The notes below the pieces were generated by a model. That model did no database searches. It saw nothing but the letters and a program-made list of their open reading frames with translations, and had not been told where the DNA came from. Positions 1 to 24,150 of a DNA stretch of 64,000 nt are shown one piece after another. Positions within the stretch are counted from its first letter, which is position 1, and the number at the start of each line of letters is the position of its first letter. A program made the position numbers and the translations under genes. Source of the DNA: the human T2T-CHM13v2.0 reference genome, Homo sapiens; the NCBI RefSeq assembly GCF_009914755.1, contig NC_060928.1, one strand, 5' to 3'.

Positions 1-10
1 AGACTCTTAA

Positions 11-1608
<1,598 letters not shown>

Positions 1609-2369
1609 TCCAAAACATTTTTTTAACATCTATAGAGTTAATAAATTATTCACATTCTATTTGTGTTTGAGGGGACAGTTTTAGAGCAATAGTCATAAGG
1701 TGAACAAATACGAAAGTGAGGATAAAAATTTACAAAATGAAAATTTATTCCTGTATTATGAATGCTTTCAGTTTAATAATTTGCTCTTCTTTTGTAGCAG
1801 AGAAGGCATTTAGTATTCACCAAAAATGCAGAGTTCATGAAATTATATATTTTGTAGTTTTTCTCTCAGTGTCTTCTGAATAATTTTCTAAATGATACCT
1901 GGTTCCTCCCATTTGATTAATCTGATACTTAGATTAATGGCTTTTCTTACTCAAATAAAATTAATCCTACTTATTCATAATTTATAGATACTATCTGTAT
2001 ATTAGGAAATATACTTTGCTTCAAATTGCAGTTACTATTAAGTCTCCCAAGAGTTTACTTTCTACATTTTTTTCACATTTATTTTTATTTAGAAAGGACT
2101 AAAGTAATTGTATATAATAGAATTAACATAAACATTAAAATTAACCTTAATGAGCCAACTTTATGCATATTCACTAATGGTTTCTGTGACAAGTATAACT
2201 AGGTTTTGCGTGCATAGAAAAAAATGTGGAGTAATTAATACCAAAATGTATATTCTGGTGTAGGTCGGGGACTTAGGTCTTAATTTGGCTTTTTTGCCTT
2301 TCGTATGCAGTGCTAGTTTCCAAATACCACCAACTTTTTTATAGTGACTCTTTTTAGAGACTGTTTCTC

Positions 2370-5640
<3,271 letters not shown>

Positions 5641-6315
5641 GCACAAAAGGAAAAGATTTTTAATTTTTTTTGTTTTATTTAATTTCCAATGTGATCATAT
5701 TTTCATTTTATTTTTTAAAAGACAAGGTGTAATCATATTTGTGCTAAACATATAAAAATTGTATTTGTGTTATATAAATATATAAAGCTGGATTCAGTGA
5801 CACAAAAGGGATTTTAATGTTTTTAGACCAATCACTGTTTGGAGTTCTTTTCCCCTTGAGAAACTGGTAACTTTTGTTTTTGCAGTTGTGAGCTGAACAT
5901 CGTTTAGCAAAGTTAAGTGAACGCAGCATAATTAGTCAACTCCTACTTATAATTATTCTTCCATTAGAATTATTTCTGATTTTAATAGTAAAATTATTTA
6001 TTTTAGAAAATCTGGAAATTATAGAAAAGTAGTAAAAAAAACTTTATTTAAAAAGCACCAGTATTCCTACTACCCAGAGATAAGCACTACAGTACTAAGA
6101 TTTTAGAGTATACCATTTATGCTACTTGTGTTTTGTTTTTCAATGAAATTTAAAATGTAAATCTTGTAAATGTTGCATATTTTAGTTAAAAATATGTGCC
6201 TATGCTTGAATTTTTTAAAAATATGTAAAATCCATTTGAGAACTATGTCATTTTTTTCTGTAAACCCTACCATTTTCTTAGTCATTCAGTATACATACCT
6301 ACTATTCTTTTCTAG

Positions 6316-6502
6316 TTCCTGGCAGACATGGAAAATAATGTACTTTTTCGGGATGATATAGAATGTCAGAAACTCATTATGGAAGCAATGAAGTACCATT
6401 TATTACCAGAGAGACGACCCATGTTACAAAGTCCTCGGACAAAACCTAGGAAGTCAACTGTTGGTACATTATTTGCAGTTGGGGGAATGGATTCAACAAA
6501 AG
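6316..6502 (+). CDS. KLHL5: KLHL5 internal coding exon (end of BACK/IVR region, start of Kelch 1): [62 protein letters not shown]
   Basis: Acceptor ttcttttctag|TTC, donor AAG|gtatca; 187 nt, phase 0 to 1. Contains the [10 protein letters not shown]...PRTKPRKS motif typical of KLHL1/4/5. Confidence 0.95.
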
Positions 6503-7471
6503 GTATCAAATAATCTTTTATTTGGGGAGGGAGGACCAGAGAAAAAGATATTTTAATAAGTGTATATATGGCCAAAGAACTCTTTGGAGAAATGGCTGGC
6601 TGCAGGACAGGGGCAGAAAAAGTACCAGATAATTGTGTAACATCCTCTAGGCCAGAAAATAAGGAAGTGCTCAAAGAATGATGGAGATAGGTCAAAAGAC
6701 ACAGGAAACAGCTTGCAGGGGCTACTACTGTACAAATCTGGGATAATTTGAGCATCAAAATAAATAATAGTAAAATATTATAACCTATGAAATCAGTAAG
6801 TTTCCACGGTTCCACACCTATACAAATAAACAAGGGAGAAAGGAAAGCTCTTCCTTACAGAAGAATGCCAACGAATGAATATAGAAGGAAAGATGAGATT
6901 ACAAAAGTTACCATTTAGTAACCACCAATAACCAATTCAGTCAAGAATTATCAGCGGATGCTGAGACTAGTGGGAAAAGTTTGAGAACAAGATAGTCTAA
7001 AAGTGTCTCTCAGCCACATGTTTACTAGTTACAAAGAGTAAAATAGTGTATTTACAGTAGAAAAACCTGGCACACAGCACTTAAGCAAACGATCAAAGAT
7101 AATGTTGACAGAAATCAGACTAAGCAGCAGCATTGTGCAAGATAGGTTGCACGGAGAACTTAGCCGCCCATCTATGCCGTCCTTGCCAGGAGCATATAAC
7201 CTGAATCTAATCATGAGGAGGAAACAAATCTAAGTTGAGAGACAGTCTACAAAATAACTTATCTGTCTATAGTATTCAAAAATGTCAGTGTCATGAAATA
7301 TAAAAAAGATTCAGAAATTGTTCCAGATTATAGGAGACTAAAGAGACATGACAGCTATTATAATGCATCATCTTGGATTTTCTTTTGCTGTAAAGGACGT
7401 AACTGAGACAAATGATAAAATCCAAACAAGGTCTGTAGATTAGATAATAACATTGTATAAATGTTAATTTC

Positions 7472-8962
<1,491 letters not shown>

Positions 8963-10748
8963 CTACAGGGTGTCAGTATTATGCTAGAAGCTTTCTGTGT
9001 GTTATCCCTCAATATGCATTGATCTCCCCTTTCTTTGAACTCCTAGTACTAGCAGGCTTCAATCTCCTGACAATCTCTCTGACTTCTGGCTACCTCTCTG
9101 ATGTCAGCTCATTCTATTAATACTTCTTCCCTCACTGATGCTTTTATTTCAACCCCATTGGCCTTTTCATTCATCTAACAGGCCAAACATTTTATCCATA
9201 TCCAGGATATTGCTTTAGCTGATGCTCTCACTGGCATGCTCTGCCCCCGGATATTGAAGTACCTAGCAGAAATTATTCACTCAAATCTCTCAAATGTCAG
9301 CTTACCAAGGAGGCCTTCCATGACCATTCAATAGCAACCCCCGACTACCACTTTCTAACCTGAATAACATATAACATAGCGCTATTTATTTGTAGATGCT
9401 TAAGTTTTAGATATAGGCCTGATGACTGCATGGTACAGAAATAAATAACTTAAGATAACTGATTAGGGTTACAGTATAAATATTTCAACATTGGAAAAGA
9501 TTTTCCATTGTTCAGATAATCTGCAAATACTTATTAAGTATCATCTGTGTACCTGGAACTGGTGCTAGCTTTTGTAGTCATTACTAGCACTCTTCTTCTC
9601 CCTCTTTTTCTCTCCTTTTCAAGGCTTTAACTGTTATCTCTATATTTATGTATAATACCCTCACTTTGATTTTATTCTCATATTTCCAACTTGTATAAAA
9701 TATCTATTTGATGCTCAGCTTTTAACTCAAACTTGGTACATGGAAAGGGAAGGAAACTTGCCTTGGTACATGGCAAGGAAAATGCGTATCTGTCTTTTCA
9801 GCTTTCTGGGAGATGAGTTCCTGCTTCCCATCAAGGCTCATACATACAGTGGAAAACTCCCCAAGCTTGGGAAGGGGACTAGATACTAAGCACCCAAAGT
9901 AAACAATTCTCATTCTCTCTCTGTCTCTCTGGAACCTTAAATTCTGACAGTCATCAGGTCTTTTTTCAAATGGGCCTTATATCTAATTCTTCCAAATTTC
10001 TGCTGCCATCCTTTTAATTCCAGTTAGCCTTCTGTCAGCCTACATATTTTGGTCATGTTAATTTAGAGGGAATAGCATTCATTATGTTGTTAATATATGG
10101 AAGGCATTATGCTAAGCACTTAGCCTATATTATTTCATTTCATCTTCTTAACAGTTCTCTTTTATAGATAGGGAAGCTAAGACTTGGAGAACTTAAGCAA
10201 CTTTCCAAAGATTAGACAACTAATTAGTGATAAGATCAAGATTCAAACAGGCATTTTGGCTTTGGAGATGATACTCTACTCCATTAACTCTTCAGTGAAC
10301 ATGCCATTATTCTGCTCAAAAACTCCAGCAGTCTATTTCTTACCACATAAGATGCAAATGCCTCATTTAAGACTTTCTCTAATCTGGCCCTTCTGTTTGA
10401 CCAACTTTATTTCTGAGTTTTTTTAGTGATTAAATATTCTGACCTATCCTGTTCAAGCTATCTGCCTGGCCCTAATTTATCTTATTTCCCATCTTTGTAA
10501 TGAAGAGCAGTTTGCCTTAGTCGGTTGGTAGTCTGACCATTGGACTCTTGGTCCCTTCATATATCTGTTTAGTATAGGGCCAAACAAATCAGCTAATACG
10601 GGCTCCAAATAGCCACTGTGAAAATGTTAGAGTATATTTGTGCTTACTTTTATAAAAGGTTAATTATTTGGTATAAATTAGGGAAGTCCCAAGCATTTAC
10701 ATAAAATTTTATAATTATTAGGATTTTGTTAATTTTGGATATTTGGAT

Positions 10749-10755
<7 letters not shown>

Positions 10756-10789
<34 letters not shown>
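10756..10789. repeat. (TA)n microsatellite
   Basis: Read directly from the sequence. Confidence 0.95.
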
Positions 10790-10791
<2 letters not shown>

Positions 10792-11207
10792 ACCTGAGAC
10801 TGTGTTTTAATATCTTTATGTTTGAAATTAGCAAAATAACTTTTAGTTACCAATTCATATGAATATGATACTGCTTAGTAAACTAGATCTAAAAGAAATA
10901 ACTTAAAATTCAAAAGAAAAGTATTCCCTAAATGTATTCATGAAGAAAGATGATTAGCTTTTTATTTGTTGGAGGGAATTTTCTAATTTGATTTGATTTA
11001 TTTAATGGAAGGGATAATATTTTAAGATCAAATTTAGAGTAATTAAATATACTATTACTATGTATGTTACTATTATAATGTAAGCATATGAGTAAAAAAC
11101 CTCACTATAGCTAGAAACTATAAAGAAAAAGTATTCAAACATATTTTTCAACAGCTGTACTAAGTATAAGGGACTCTGTTTGGTGCTGTGAAAAATACAG
11201 AGGTAAA

Positions 11208-11727
<520 letters not shown>

Positions 11728-12926
11728 CTATATGTATAACACAACTATTTCTAAATTTTAGGAAGTTATCAATAATACTAGTGCTCTGATGACCAAATTA
11801 TAACAAATACTTTAGAATAAGTGTTAGTCAAGATTATAATTCTATAAGGCTAGCGCGGCTTACATGATGTATTAGAAGCTTAGAAGAGAGAAGTGGGTTC
11901 TAGTTGAACTCTTCACAATTGGGGGTTAGGTTTTTTTAGAGGGTTTTGTTTTTTTTGTTTTTTTAAACATCTGCTCATCTTAACTCATAAAGAGAACAAA
12001 GGAGTCCTGGAATCTTCCAATTCTTAAAAAAAAAAAAAAAGAAAAGAAAAACATAGATGCCTTCAGGCAGCAACTTCCTGAACTCCCTACCGTCATAGTT
12101 CCCAAAGTACCCGATCCGTACTTACCCCGCCCTTGCTTATTGCAGTAGAATATGTTCCCCTCCTCCCGTGAAAGACAGCTCTTCTGCCTATGCCCTGGAT
12201 ACTGTGCTTTCCTGCCTCCCCACGAACCATAATGAACATGGTTCATTATGTTCGTTATGATCCCTTTCATCTCCTGTATTTTTAGCTGCTTTCCTCTCAA
12301 CCAGATCCTTTTCATTCACATTTAAGCAAACTCTGAGTTTTCAAATTTTCAAAGCAAAACAAAACAAAACCTTCCTCAACTCTTCTAGTAATTTCTATCT
12401 CTCCTTACTTTGATAGCCAGACTTCTCAGAAGAATCTTCTATGCTCACTGTGTTTCTTCATCTCCCAGTCACGTCTCAACCACTCAATAAGGAACCTCCC
12501 CCTGAAGTCATCAGTGACCTCTGTGTGGCTAAATCCAATAATACTTCTGAGTCTTCATCTTATTTGATCCTTTCAGTAGGATACTGTTAGCAGACCTACT
12601 GCTATAAACTTTCTTCCTTTGGCTTCCATGACACTTAACGCCTCTGCTTTTTTCTCCCCTCCTTCTGGGTGTTGTTTCTCACCCTCCTTTGACAGTTAAT
12701 CCTTGTCCATTTGACCTTTTCTTACTGGGGCCTGTGTATGCCCTGGAGAATAGTAGGAGATGAGGACACAGAGGTAGGCAGAGGCTAGATCATTCAGGAC
12801 CTTCATGAAATATAATAAAATTATTATTCTCAATGCTAATAAGATTATATTTTTGTATCTAATTTCATAAAATTACCAATCATGGTATAATTTCTATTTA
12901 CATAACTTCTATATATTACTATGAAG

Positions 12927-13151
12927 GAGCAACAAGCATTGAAAAGTATGATCTCCGTACAAATATGTGGACTCCAGTAGCAAATATGAATGGGAGGAGG
13001 CTACAGTTCGGTGTTGCAGTGCTAGATGACAAACTGTATGTGGTTGGAGGAAGAGATGGACTGAAGACTTTGAATACTGTAGAGTGCTACAACCCCAAAA
13101 CAAAAACTTGGAGTGTGATGCCACCTATGTCCACACATAGACATGGCCTTG
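12927..13151 (+). CDS. KLHL5: KLHL5 coding exon, Kelch 1-2 ([15 protein letters not shown]...[26 protein letters not shown]...HRHGL)
   Basis: Acceptor atgaag|GA, donor G|gtaagt; 225 nt, phase 1 to 1. Frame joins the previous exon (G+GA=Gly). Kelch GG/Y/W signature present. Confidence 0.94.
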
Positions 13152-13308
13152 GTAAGTACAACTATGCAGATTCACTCAAAATATCACATAGCTCCCACGG
13201 CACATTTACATTCTGAACCAGGCAGAGGACCCGTGTGGCAGCCACTGCGTCAGCAGCAGTCACCAAGCATTCCTCACATGCTGCAATAAAGAATTTGGTA
13301 GGTCATCA

Positions 13309-15090
<1,782 letters not shown>

Positions 15091-15169
15091 TAAAATTTAT
15101 TTTCAAAGTCATTTTTTAATGGGTTGAATTAGGTGAACCCCTTAAGTTTTCTGCCCCCTTTGACATATT

Positions 15170-15378
15170 ATGCATTACATATATATGTATATATGTAAAA
15201 TTAGAGATATACATATATCATAAACATGTATATACAGTATGTGTATATATTATATATGTATATTTTAATGTGTATTTATGTGTTTATATATATACACATA
15301 TAAAATGTGTATATGCACATATATACATATAAATAACATGCATGCATATTTATATACACATATATGTGTGTATATATG

Positions 15379-15414
<36 letters not shown>
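15170..15414. repeat. Degenerate (TA/TG)n low-complexity tract ending in (CA)n
   Basis: Read directly from the sequence. Confidence 0.9.
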
Positions 15415-15416
<2 letters not shown>

Positions 15417-15599
15417 AAATCTCCAAAAGCTAGTACTGGTGGGGCACAATATATAACATATGAGTGGAACAATCTGTTGATTTGGATCATGCATGAATGA
15501 TGAGTATTTTTCTTATCTGGCTGTGATTTCACAAATTAAAATATATCTGTAATACAGGGGTTCTTTTGGCCCCCAAGTGACATATTTTATCTCACCTGG

Positions 15600-16165
15600 C
15601 CATGATCATGTCGCACCTCTTCTCAAATCCCTCTACCTCAAAGCCATCTCAAAGCCATCATGGAGACCGTTCTCCATCTCATTCAGAATAAGATCCGAAG
15701 TCCTTACAAGAGATAAGATCAGAGTCCTTATCTGCAGTCTCTGACTGTCCTGCATGATCTGGCTCCACACTCTCCCCCATCTCTTACATTTCCCCCTCAC
15801 TCACCCTGCCTAGCCAGACTGGCCATCTTGTTGTCCCTTAGACACAGTGAGCATACCTCAGGACCTTTGCACGTGCCGTTTCCTCTGCCTCACCTTCTCT
15901 TTCCCCAGCTATCTCCAAATCTGGTTTCCCAACTTCATTCACATTCCTGCTTAAATGTTACCTTATCAGAAAGGTCTCCCCTGACCCTCTCTATCCTTTT
16001 ACTCTGCACCACTTTTTAAATTAGCACTTGTTATTACCTAAAATATATTTTATGTCTATTTCCTGACTATAAGATTTATGAGGGCACAGCCCTTACCCAT
16101 TATATTCTATTGAGTGCCCGGTACTTAGTAGACATGCAGTAGGTATTTGTTGAATAAATTAACAA
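15600..16165 (+). mobile_element. L2 3' fragment
   Basis: L2 motifs ctcaggacctttgcacgtgccgttt and the terminal gtaggtatttgttgaataaat. Confidence 0.7.
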
Positions 16166-16405
16166 ATGAGTCTAGCTCAGCTCCCTGCTGATGAATCATA
16201 CCAATAGATTATGGTATCAAATCTAACTATAGTAAAATCTCATGAATTTGAATTAATAGGGGGGAAGGTATAAAAATACTTTTCCAAATATATCTTAAAT
16301 CCAAATTGTTGAAAAATGTTTTAAATAGTAGCAATGTATGCATCTGGTGCAGTTTTAAAATAATTTTCCACTGTTGTACCTAAAAATATTGCCTCTAAAA
16401 CTTTT

Positions 16406-17058
<653 letters not shown>

Positions 17059-17212
17059 TAAGAATAGTGAGGAGGACACTTGTCTGCATCATAAATGTTT
17101 ACTCAGTTCTATTTGTATGTTTAAGGCTTATTGTACTTATACTTCAATTAAAATGTGATTTTTAAGACAGCAGCCAATCTGAAGTCGTTAATTGTTTCCT
17201 GTCTCCTCATAG

Positions 17213-17375
17213 GTGTGGCTGTACTGGAAGGTCCCATGTATGCCGTAGGAGGACATGATGGCTGGAGCTATCTGAACACAGTGGAAAGATGGGACCCTCA
17301 GGCTCGCCAGTGGAATTTTGTTGCCACTATGTCTACCCCTAGGAGTACAGTAGGTGTGGCAGTACTAAGTGGAAA
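17213..17375 (+). CDS. KLHL5: KLHL5 coding exon, Kelch 3 ([34 protein letters not shown]...GVAVLSG)
   Basis: Acceptor gtctcctcatag|GT, donor AA|gtaagg; 163 nt, phase 1 to 2. Confidence 0.96.
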
Positions 17376-18850
17376 GTAAGGAAATATTTAAAGTTCCATT
17401 TAAAATGCAATACACCAAATTTGTTAAGCTATATCATTTCTAATTTAAAGATATACATAAATACTTACAGTGATTTGAAGAAACTTTTAAAACAATGTCT
17501 CTTTCTATAATAGTTGTAAATATATTGTTTTAATAGTTGTTAAGCTAGGCTTTCATTTTAATGTGCAGATACTATACATTTCTAGTTATCATTTTGAGTG
17601 AAGACATTTTATATTAATGTTCAATATTAATAAGTTGTACTATAAAAATCTGGTATATCTATATTAAAATAATATAATTTAAAAGTATATTATCTATATT
17701 ATGTTTAAAAGTATATATGGTCTTTTAAAAGTAGTGTAGTCTTTCTCAGTGTTTCTCTAAAAATTCCTTCCATCTTTTCTACTGATTTATCTTGACTTTT
17801 ACCTCTTTTCTTTCTTATCTTGGAAAACTGGTGAAAACTAGAATGGATTTATAAAGAGGTACTCTCTTACCTCTTGTCTGCTCTGAATAAACAAATATAG
17901 GTAGAGCCATCACTAATAGCTCTCAGTTACTCAGAGAGTAAATATTTTTTCAGTCCTTTCTTCTTCCATAAAATGAAGCTGTCTGTGGTTGTTAAAGAAA
18001 GTTATTTGTGGGGTACCTTTTGCTCATTTAGAATGCTTTATCATTGTTTCCAGAAAAAGAAATGAATCAAGGTTAAAATAGAATTAAAATTATGTATAGA
18101 ATTGTGTTATTGATTATTATAAGAAAAATGAAAAAAATAGTGAAATTTTTTATATTTTAGGACCTAAGATCTTGTTTCTTCAGGACCTGTCAGTTATGTT
18201 CTATTTTTTTATACTTTTTGTAAGCACTATTACATGTGATAAGATGGATAAATGGAAATCACTTTTTAGATGTTTTTTATCTCCATGCCCCTCCCCTCAT
18301 TTATTTTAGCTAAAGAAATCACTTCAAAGTTCATCACTAGGTATCTTTCTAAACTCTTTGGTAAGAGTCAGCCATTAAAGAATCTAGTAAATGAGAAAAA
18401 AAGAAAATGAAACAGTATCTTCTTGGTTTTGACCCTTTGGTTTAAACCTTTGGGATTGATTCATTGGATTAATTTTTGTTCAGCAACATATTTCTTAGCC
18501 CTTATTTCTAATAGAGGACAAAAGAATAACTGCCTTCTCGAAAACCTGATTTCCGGACCTACCGTAGCTTAGATTTCTAGGCATAGAAACATCTTACTTA
18601 CTTACCTTTTCTTGCCCTCTAATGAGAAATATTTCAATCCTTAACCCACCTAAAGTACAGTTAATTGAATATAATTCAGAGACAACCTAATTAATCATAT
18701 CAGAAGCTAAGGATCTCTAATCTACTAACTATTAAGAAATTTGATTTTGAATGTATAGTATAACTAAAGAATTTGGAGTAAATAGAAAGTATGCTGTTGG
18801 TTGAAAAAAACCAACGATGCATCTTTTCTTATCATTGCTTTGTGATTTAG

Positions 18851-20410
<1,560 letters not shown>

Positions 20411-22662
20411 TACTTGCATTCTTGATCATAATTTTAAAAGTCAGGCAAGACCTAAATCTTATTATTAAGTATATATAGGTAGTACAATACTTTCACAACT
20501 TGACATAATATTTCTCTTTTTATTGTAATAGACACTATCGTGGTGAAGAGAGATGAGTTCTGAGTCTTACATGGCATTTAATTGAGCCAGGTGATATTTT
20601 TGAAAATTAAAAATAATTTTTAAAATTTGAAATTCAAATGAACCATTTTTTAGACTCCCTCAATTTCTTCATAGAGTCCTATTCTTAGAACACAGCTTGA
20701 AAATCATTGCTTGAGATAATGATTATTTAGGAAGTGTTACCAATTGATTTTAACCCTTAATATTAGCTGAATATAAACATTGTTTGTACACTTAAGATCT
20801 CCTGTAAGTGCTATTTTCTACAAGAACACAGAGACGTAATTAATTTTTCTCTGTAAATGTTTATGCCATGATTATCATGTACTAGGCAGTGTTCAAAGTA
20901 CTTTAAATTTAATTGTTAAGCATCCTGTGAGGCAGGATTTATAGATGATGAAATTCAGTTGGAGGTTAAATAACTTGTCCATAGTCACACTAGTAAGTGG
21001 TAGAACCAGAATGCAAACCCACAGAGTCTGGTTCCAGAGTTCATGCTCTTAATCATTGTACTATGCCATTCTTTACAATAAAGTCCCACGAATCCACTGT
21101 TCAAGAGGGTAAGATGCTTTAAAGCCTATTGTGTGTGGGTATGTGTGGGTGTGCACACGTGTGCACACACATATGCATGTGTGAATTATTTTAAATCATT
21201 GATATTCCTTAATTGTTAAAGGCTTCTCATGTTCTGTGATCCATACTTAGATAACTCTTCTACCAAGTATTAGTTGATGATAAGAATAATATTAAGAACT
21301 AGAACATAAACAAGTTACTAATAGATAAAAGTTTTTAACAGATAAAAAGTTTTATGATAAATTTTAATAGATAAGTTTCAAATAAATTTCAATTTCCATA
21401 CTATTAATATAGTTTAAGTTTAGAACAAGATATTGCTATAACCATATGTTGCTGTTTAAGATATGGTCATCTTATTATTTAAGAAACAGTTTCAGTGACA
21501 TAGTGGCATACCTTAATTAGGAAATCTGTGGTTAAGTATGTAGATTTACCCAAATATAAATAACTAGAGTTTTAATTGGCAGAAATTTGGGATACTTAAA
21601 ATATTATTTCTTGAGAAATGATAAAAACAGTTAAGTATTAACTAACATTTGTAAATTCAAAATGTATAATCTTTTCTATGAGCAACAACGTAAATTTACT
21701 CTTTTAAAAAACTAGTAGAAAAAATATTTATGGAGAGCTTCCCAAATGAATAGTAAGTACAAGAAGATTTTTGCTTAACAAGAAATATTGTGTTCAAATA
21801 TTTAAAATATTTTACAAACTTTTAGGTTCAGAGTAAAAGACTTTCAAATTAGTGCAGTGTATTGATTGATAATGAATTTAAATTGATCTACTAGGTAACA
21901 TTTAGGTCGCTCACATGATAACCTATATCCTTTTCTGCAGTAATTTAAATTAATGAAGGATCATTGTTCATACATAACAAATGTTACTTTTTATGCCATT
22001 GTTTCAAGCTATATTTTTATTCTCCTATTTCACTATTACAAGTACATTCTACATGACTGTGTTGACTGTCCAACTGTTCATTAATGAAACTATGTGTCCC
22101 AATTCTGCTGCTTACTGGGTGACCCTGTGCAAGTCTCTTACTCTCTGTGAACCCTTGTTTCTTTACACTGTGAAACAGGGATTCAAACAGTTTCTCATAT
22201 CACTGTGATGATTAAATCGGTACATGTGAAGTGCCTAACCTATGGTAGGTGCTCAGAGAAGGTTAGCTTCTTTCCTTGATAATAAAGTCTTAACTATTAA
22301 AAAAAAAGCCATGGTATATTTATACACCATATTTTGTCTATTCTAAGACATATTTTAACACCTCTGAATTTCCATGCATATTACAACCAATGGTGACTTG
22401 TCAAAGAGATGGCAGTGGTGAAACAGTTGTCATTGCCTTCATGTGCAGTTTGTTTTCCTTTTCATGTATATACAGAGGGATATATGATACTTACATGTGT
22501 CATTTCAAACATAGCATACTTTTTTAATGACACACACATTGACAGTGTGTTTTATAACTGATGGCACCTTAAATTCAATGAAATAACAACATAAGAAGAG
22601 CCTCTTTGTTCTAAGCATAATGGCACATGTCTTATTTATCATTTCATATATTCTTTTTGCAG

Positions 22663-22875
22663 ACTTTATGCAGTTGGTGGTCGTGATGGAAGTTCTTGTC
22701 TCAAATCAGTAGAATGTTTTGATCCTCATACTAATAAGTGGACACTGTGTGCACAGATGTCAAAAAGGAGAGGTGGCGTAGGAGTGACGACCTGGAATGG
22801 ACTGCTGTATGCTATAGGGGGGCACGATGCTCCCGCATCCAACTTGACTTCCAGACTCTCAGACTGTGTGGAAAG
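22663..22875 (+). CDS. KLHL5: KLHL5 coding exon, Kelch 4-5 ([27 protein letters not shown]...[23 protein letters not shown])
   Basis: Translated by hand because the ORF track shows a different frame. Acceptor ttctttttgcag|A, donor AG|gtaatt; 213 nt, phase 2 to 2. Confidence 0.95.
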
Positions 22876-23753
22876 GTAATTTCCTGGGAAGAAAAACTAG
22901 GAACAAAAAAGATATATATAAGTCTCTGATACTTACATATATTTGGAGAACATGTTGGAGAATTGGAAGGGGAAAGTCGGCATTCAAAAATGCAAAGCAA
23001 CTTCACTTTATAACAGCCTGCTCTCACAGGAAGTGATACTTCCAGAAAAATAAGTTTGTATTGAGCATGCACTACATGCAAGGCAATTTTATTTTATATG
23101 GGATATTGGACCTAATAAGAAGAGGAGCTTGATGAATTTTAGGCAGAATGACTTAAGGGCTGTAGACTAAATAAAAAGCAAAAAGGATAGGGACATTTCT
23201 ATGTGTTTTGATATGAAATAAAAAACTAATAATAAGGCTTACAAACTTAAGTCATCCCAACTGGCCTCACAAAACTCAAGTGTGGTGCCAGGTAGAGAGC
23301 CAAATAGCAGTGGAAGATTTGGATGGTAGGTCAGGTTCCCATTTATTATGTTTAGTCTAGTACAAGGAATAGAGAGAATTGAATGGATTTAGGTGGTACA
23401 ATCAATAGGAGCTTGTCTGAACACTCCAAAGCAGAAAGAAATACTGAAAGGCAGCCATTGTGGCTGAAGAGCAAAGAGTGATGGGGAGGGAAAGGCAGGA
23501 AAGGAGGCGGAGTGGGCAGGGTGGTGCAGATCATCTAGACTCCTTGAGACATTGTTAAGGGTTTTGGACTATAAAGAAAAATAGGAAGTTAATGAGTGCC
23601 CATGTGTGACAGAGAGTGTGTGTGTGTGTTTGTGTCTGTTGGATGTGATCAGATTTTTTTAAAGATTAGTTTGATGTATTTAAGTTGTAAGTGACCAAGT
23701 GACCATAAGAAGGATAAAAAGTAAAATCAAAGTTTGTTGATGATAATGAGCAC

Positions 23754-24150
23754 TATCTTAGTCTGTTTCCCATTGCTATAACAGAATATCCAGGACTGAT
23801 TAATTTATAAAGAAAAGAGGTTTATTTAGCCCACAGTTCTCCAGGCTGGGAAGTTCAAGATTGGGAGGCTGCATCTGGCAGGTTCTGGTGAGGGCCTTGT
23901 GCTGTGTGATAACATGTTGGAGAATTGGAAGGGAAAGTCGGCATTCAAAAATGCAAAGCAACTTCGCTTTATAACAGTCTGCTCTCACAGGAACTAATGC
24001 ATTCACACAAGAACTAACCAAGGAGAAAAACACTAATCCATCTTATCAACCTGATCACCTCTTAAAGGCCCCACCTCCCAACACTATTACATTGGCAATT
24101 AAATTTCAACGTGAGTTTTGGTGGGGATGAACCACATCCAAACCATAACA
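23754..24150 (-). mobile_element. MaLR solo LTR (MST/MLT1A-like)
   Basis: Ends tatcttagtctgttt... and ...catccaaaccataaca match MaLR LTR termini. Flanks agcac / agtgc are consistent with one 5-bp TSD (agcgc) after CpG decay. Confidence 0.8.

Noticed and set aside
6316-6325. Alternative acceptor ggcag|ACATG 10 nt into the exon
   Set aside because: It would shift the frame, whereas the upstream tctag acceptor preserves the Kelch-like reading frame.
6366-6833. 155-aa antisense ORF overlapping a KLHL5 exon
   Set aside because: Non-ATG start, no recognisable domain, and it runs into repeat-derived intron. Probably chance.
22738-22929. ORF-track peptide [10 protein letters not shown]...
   Set aside because: It is the wrong reading frame of a real KLHL5 exon.
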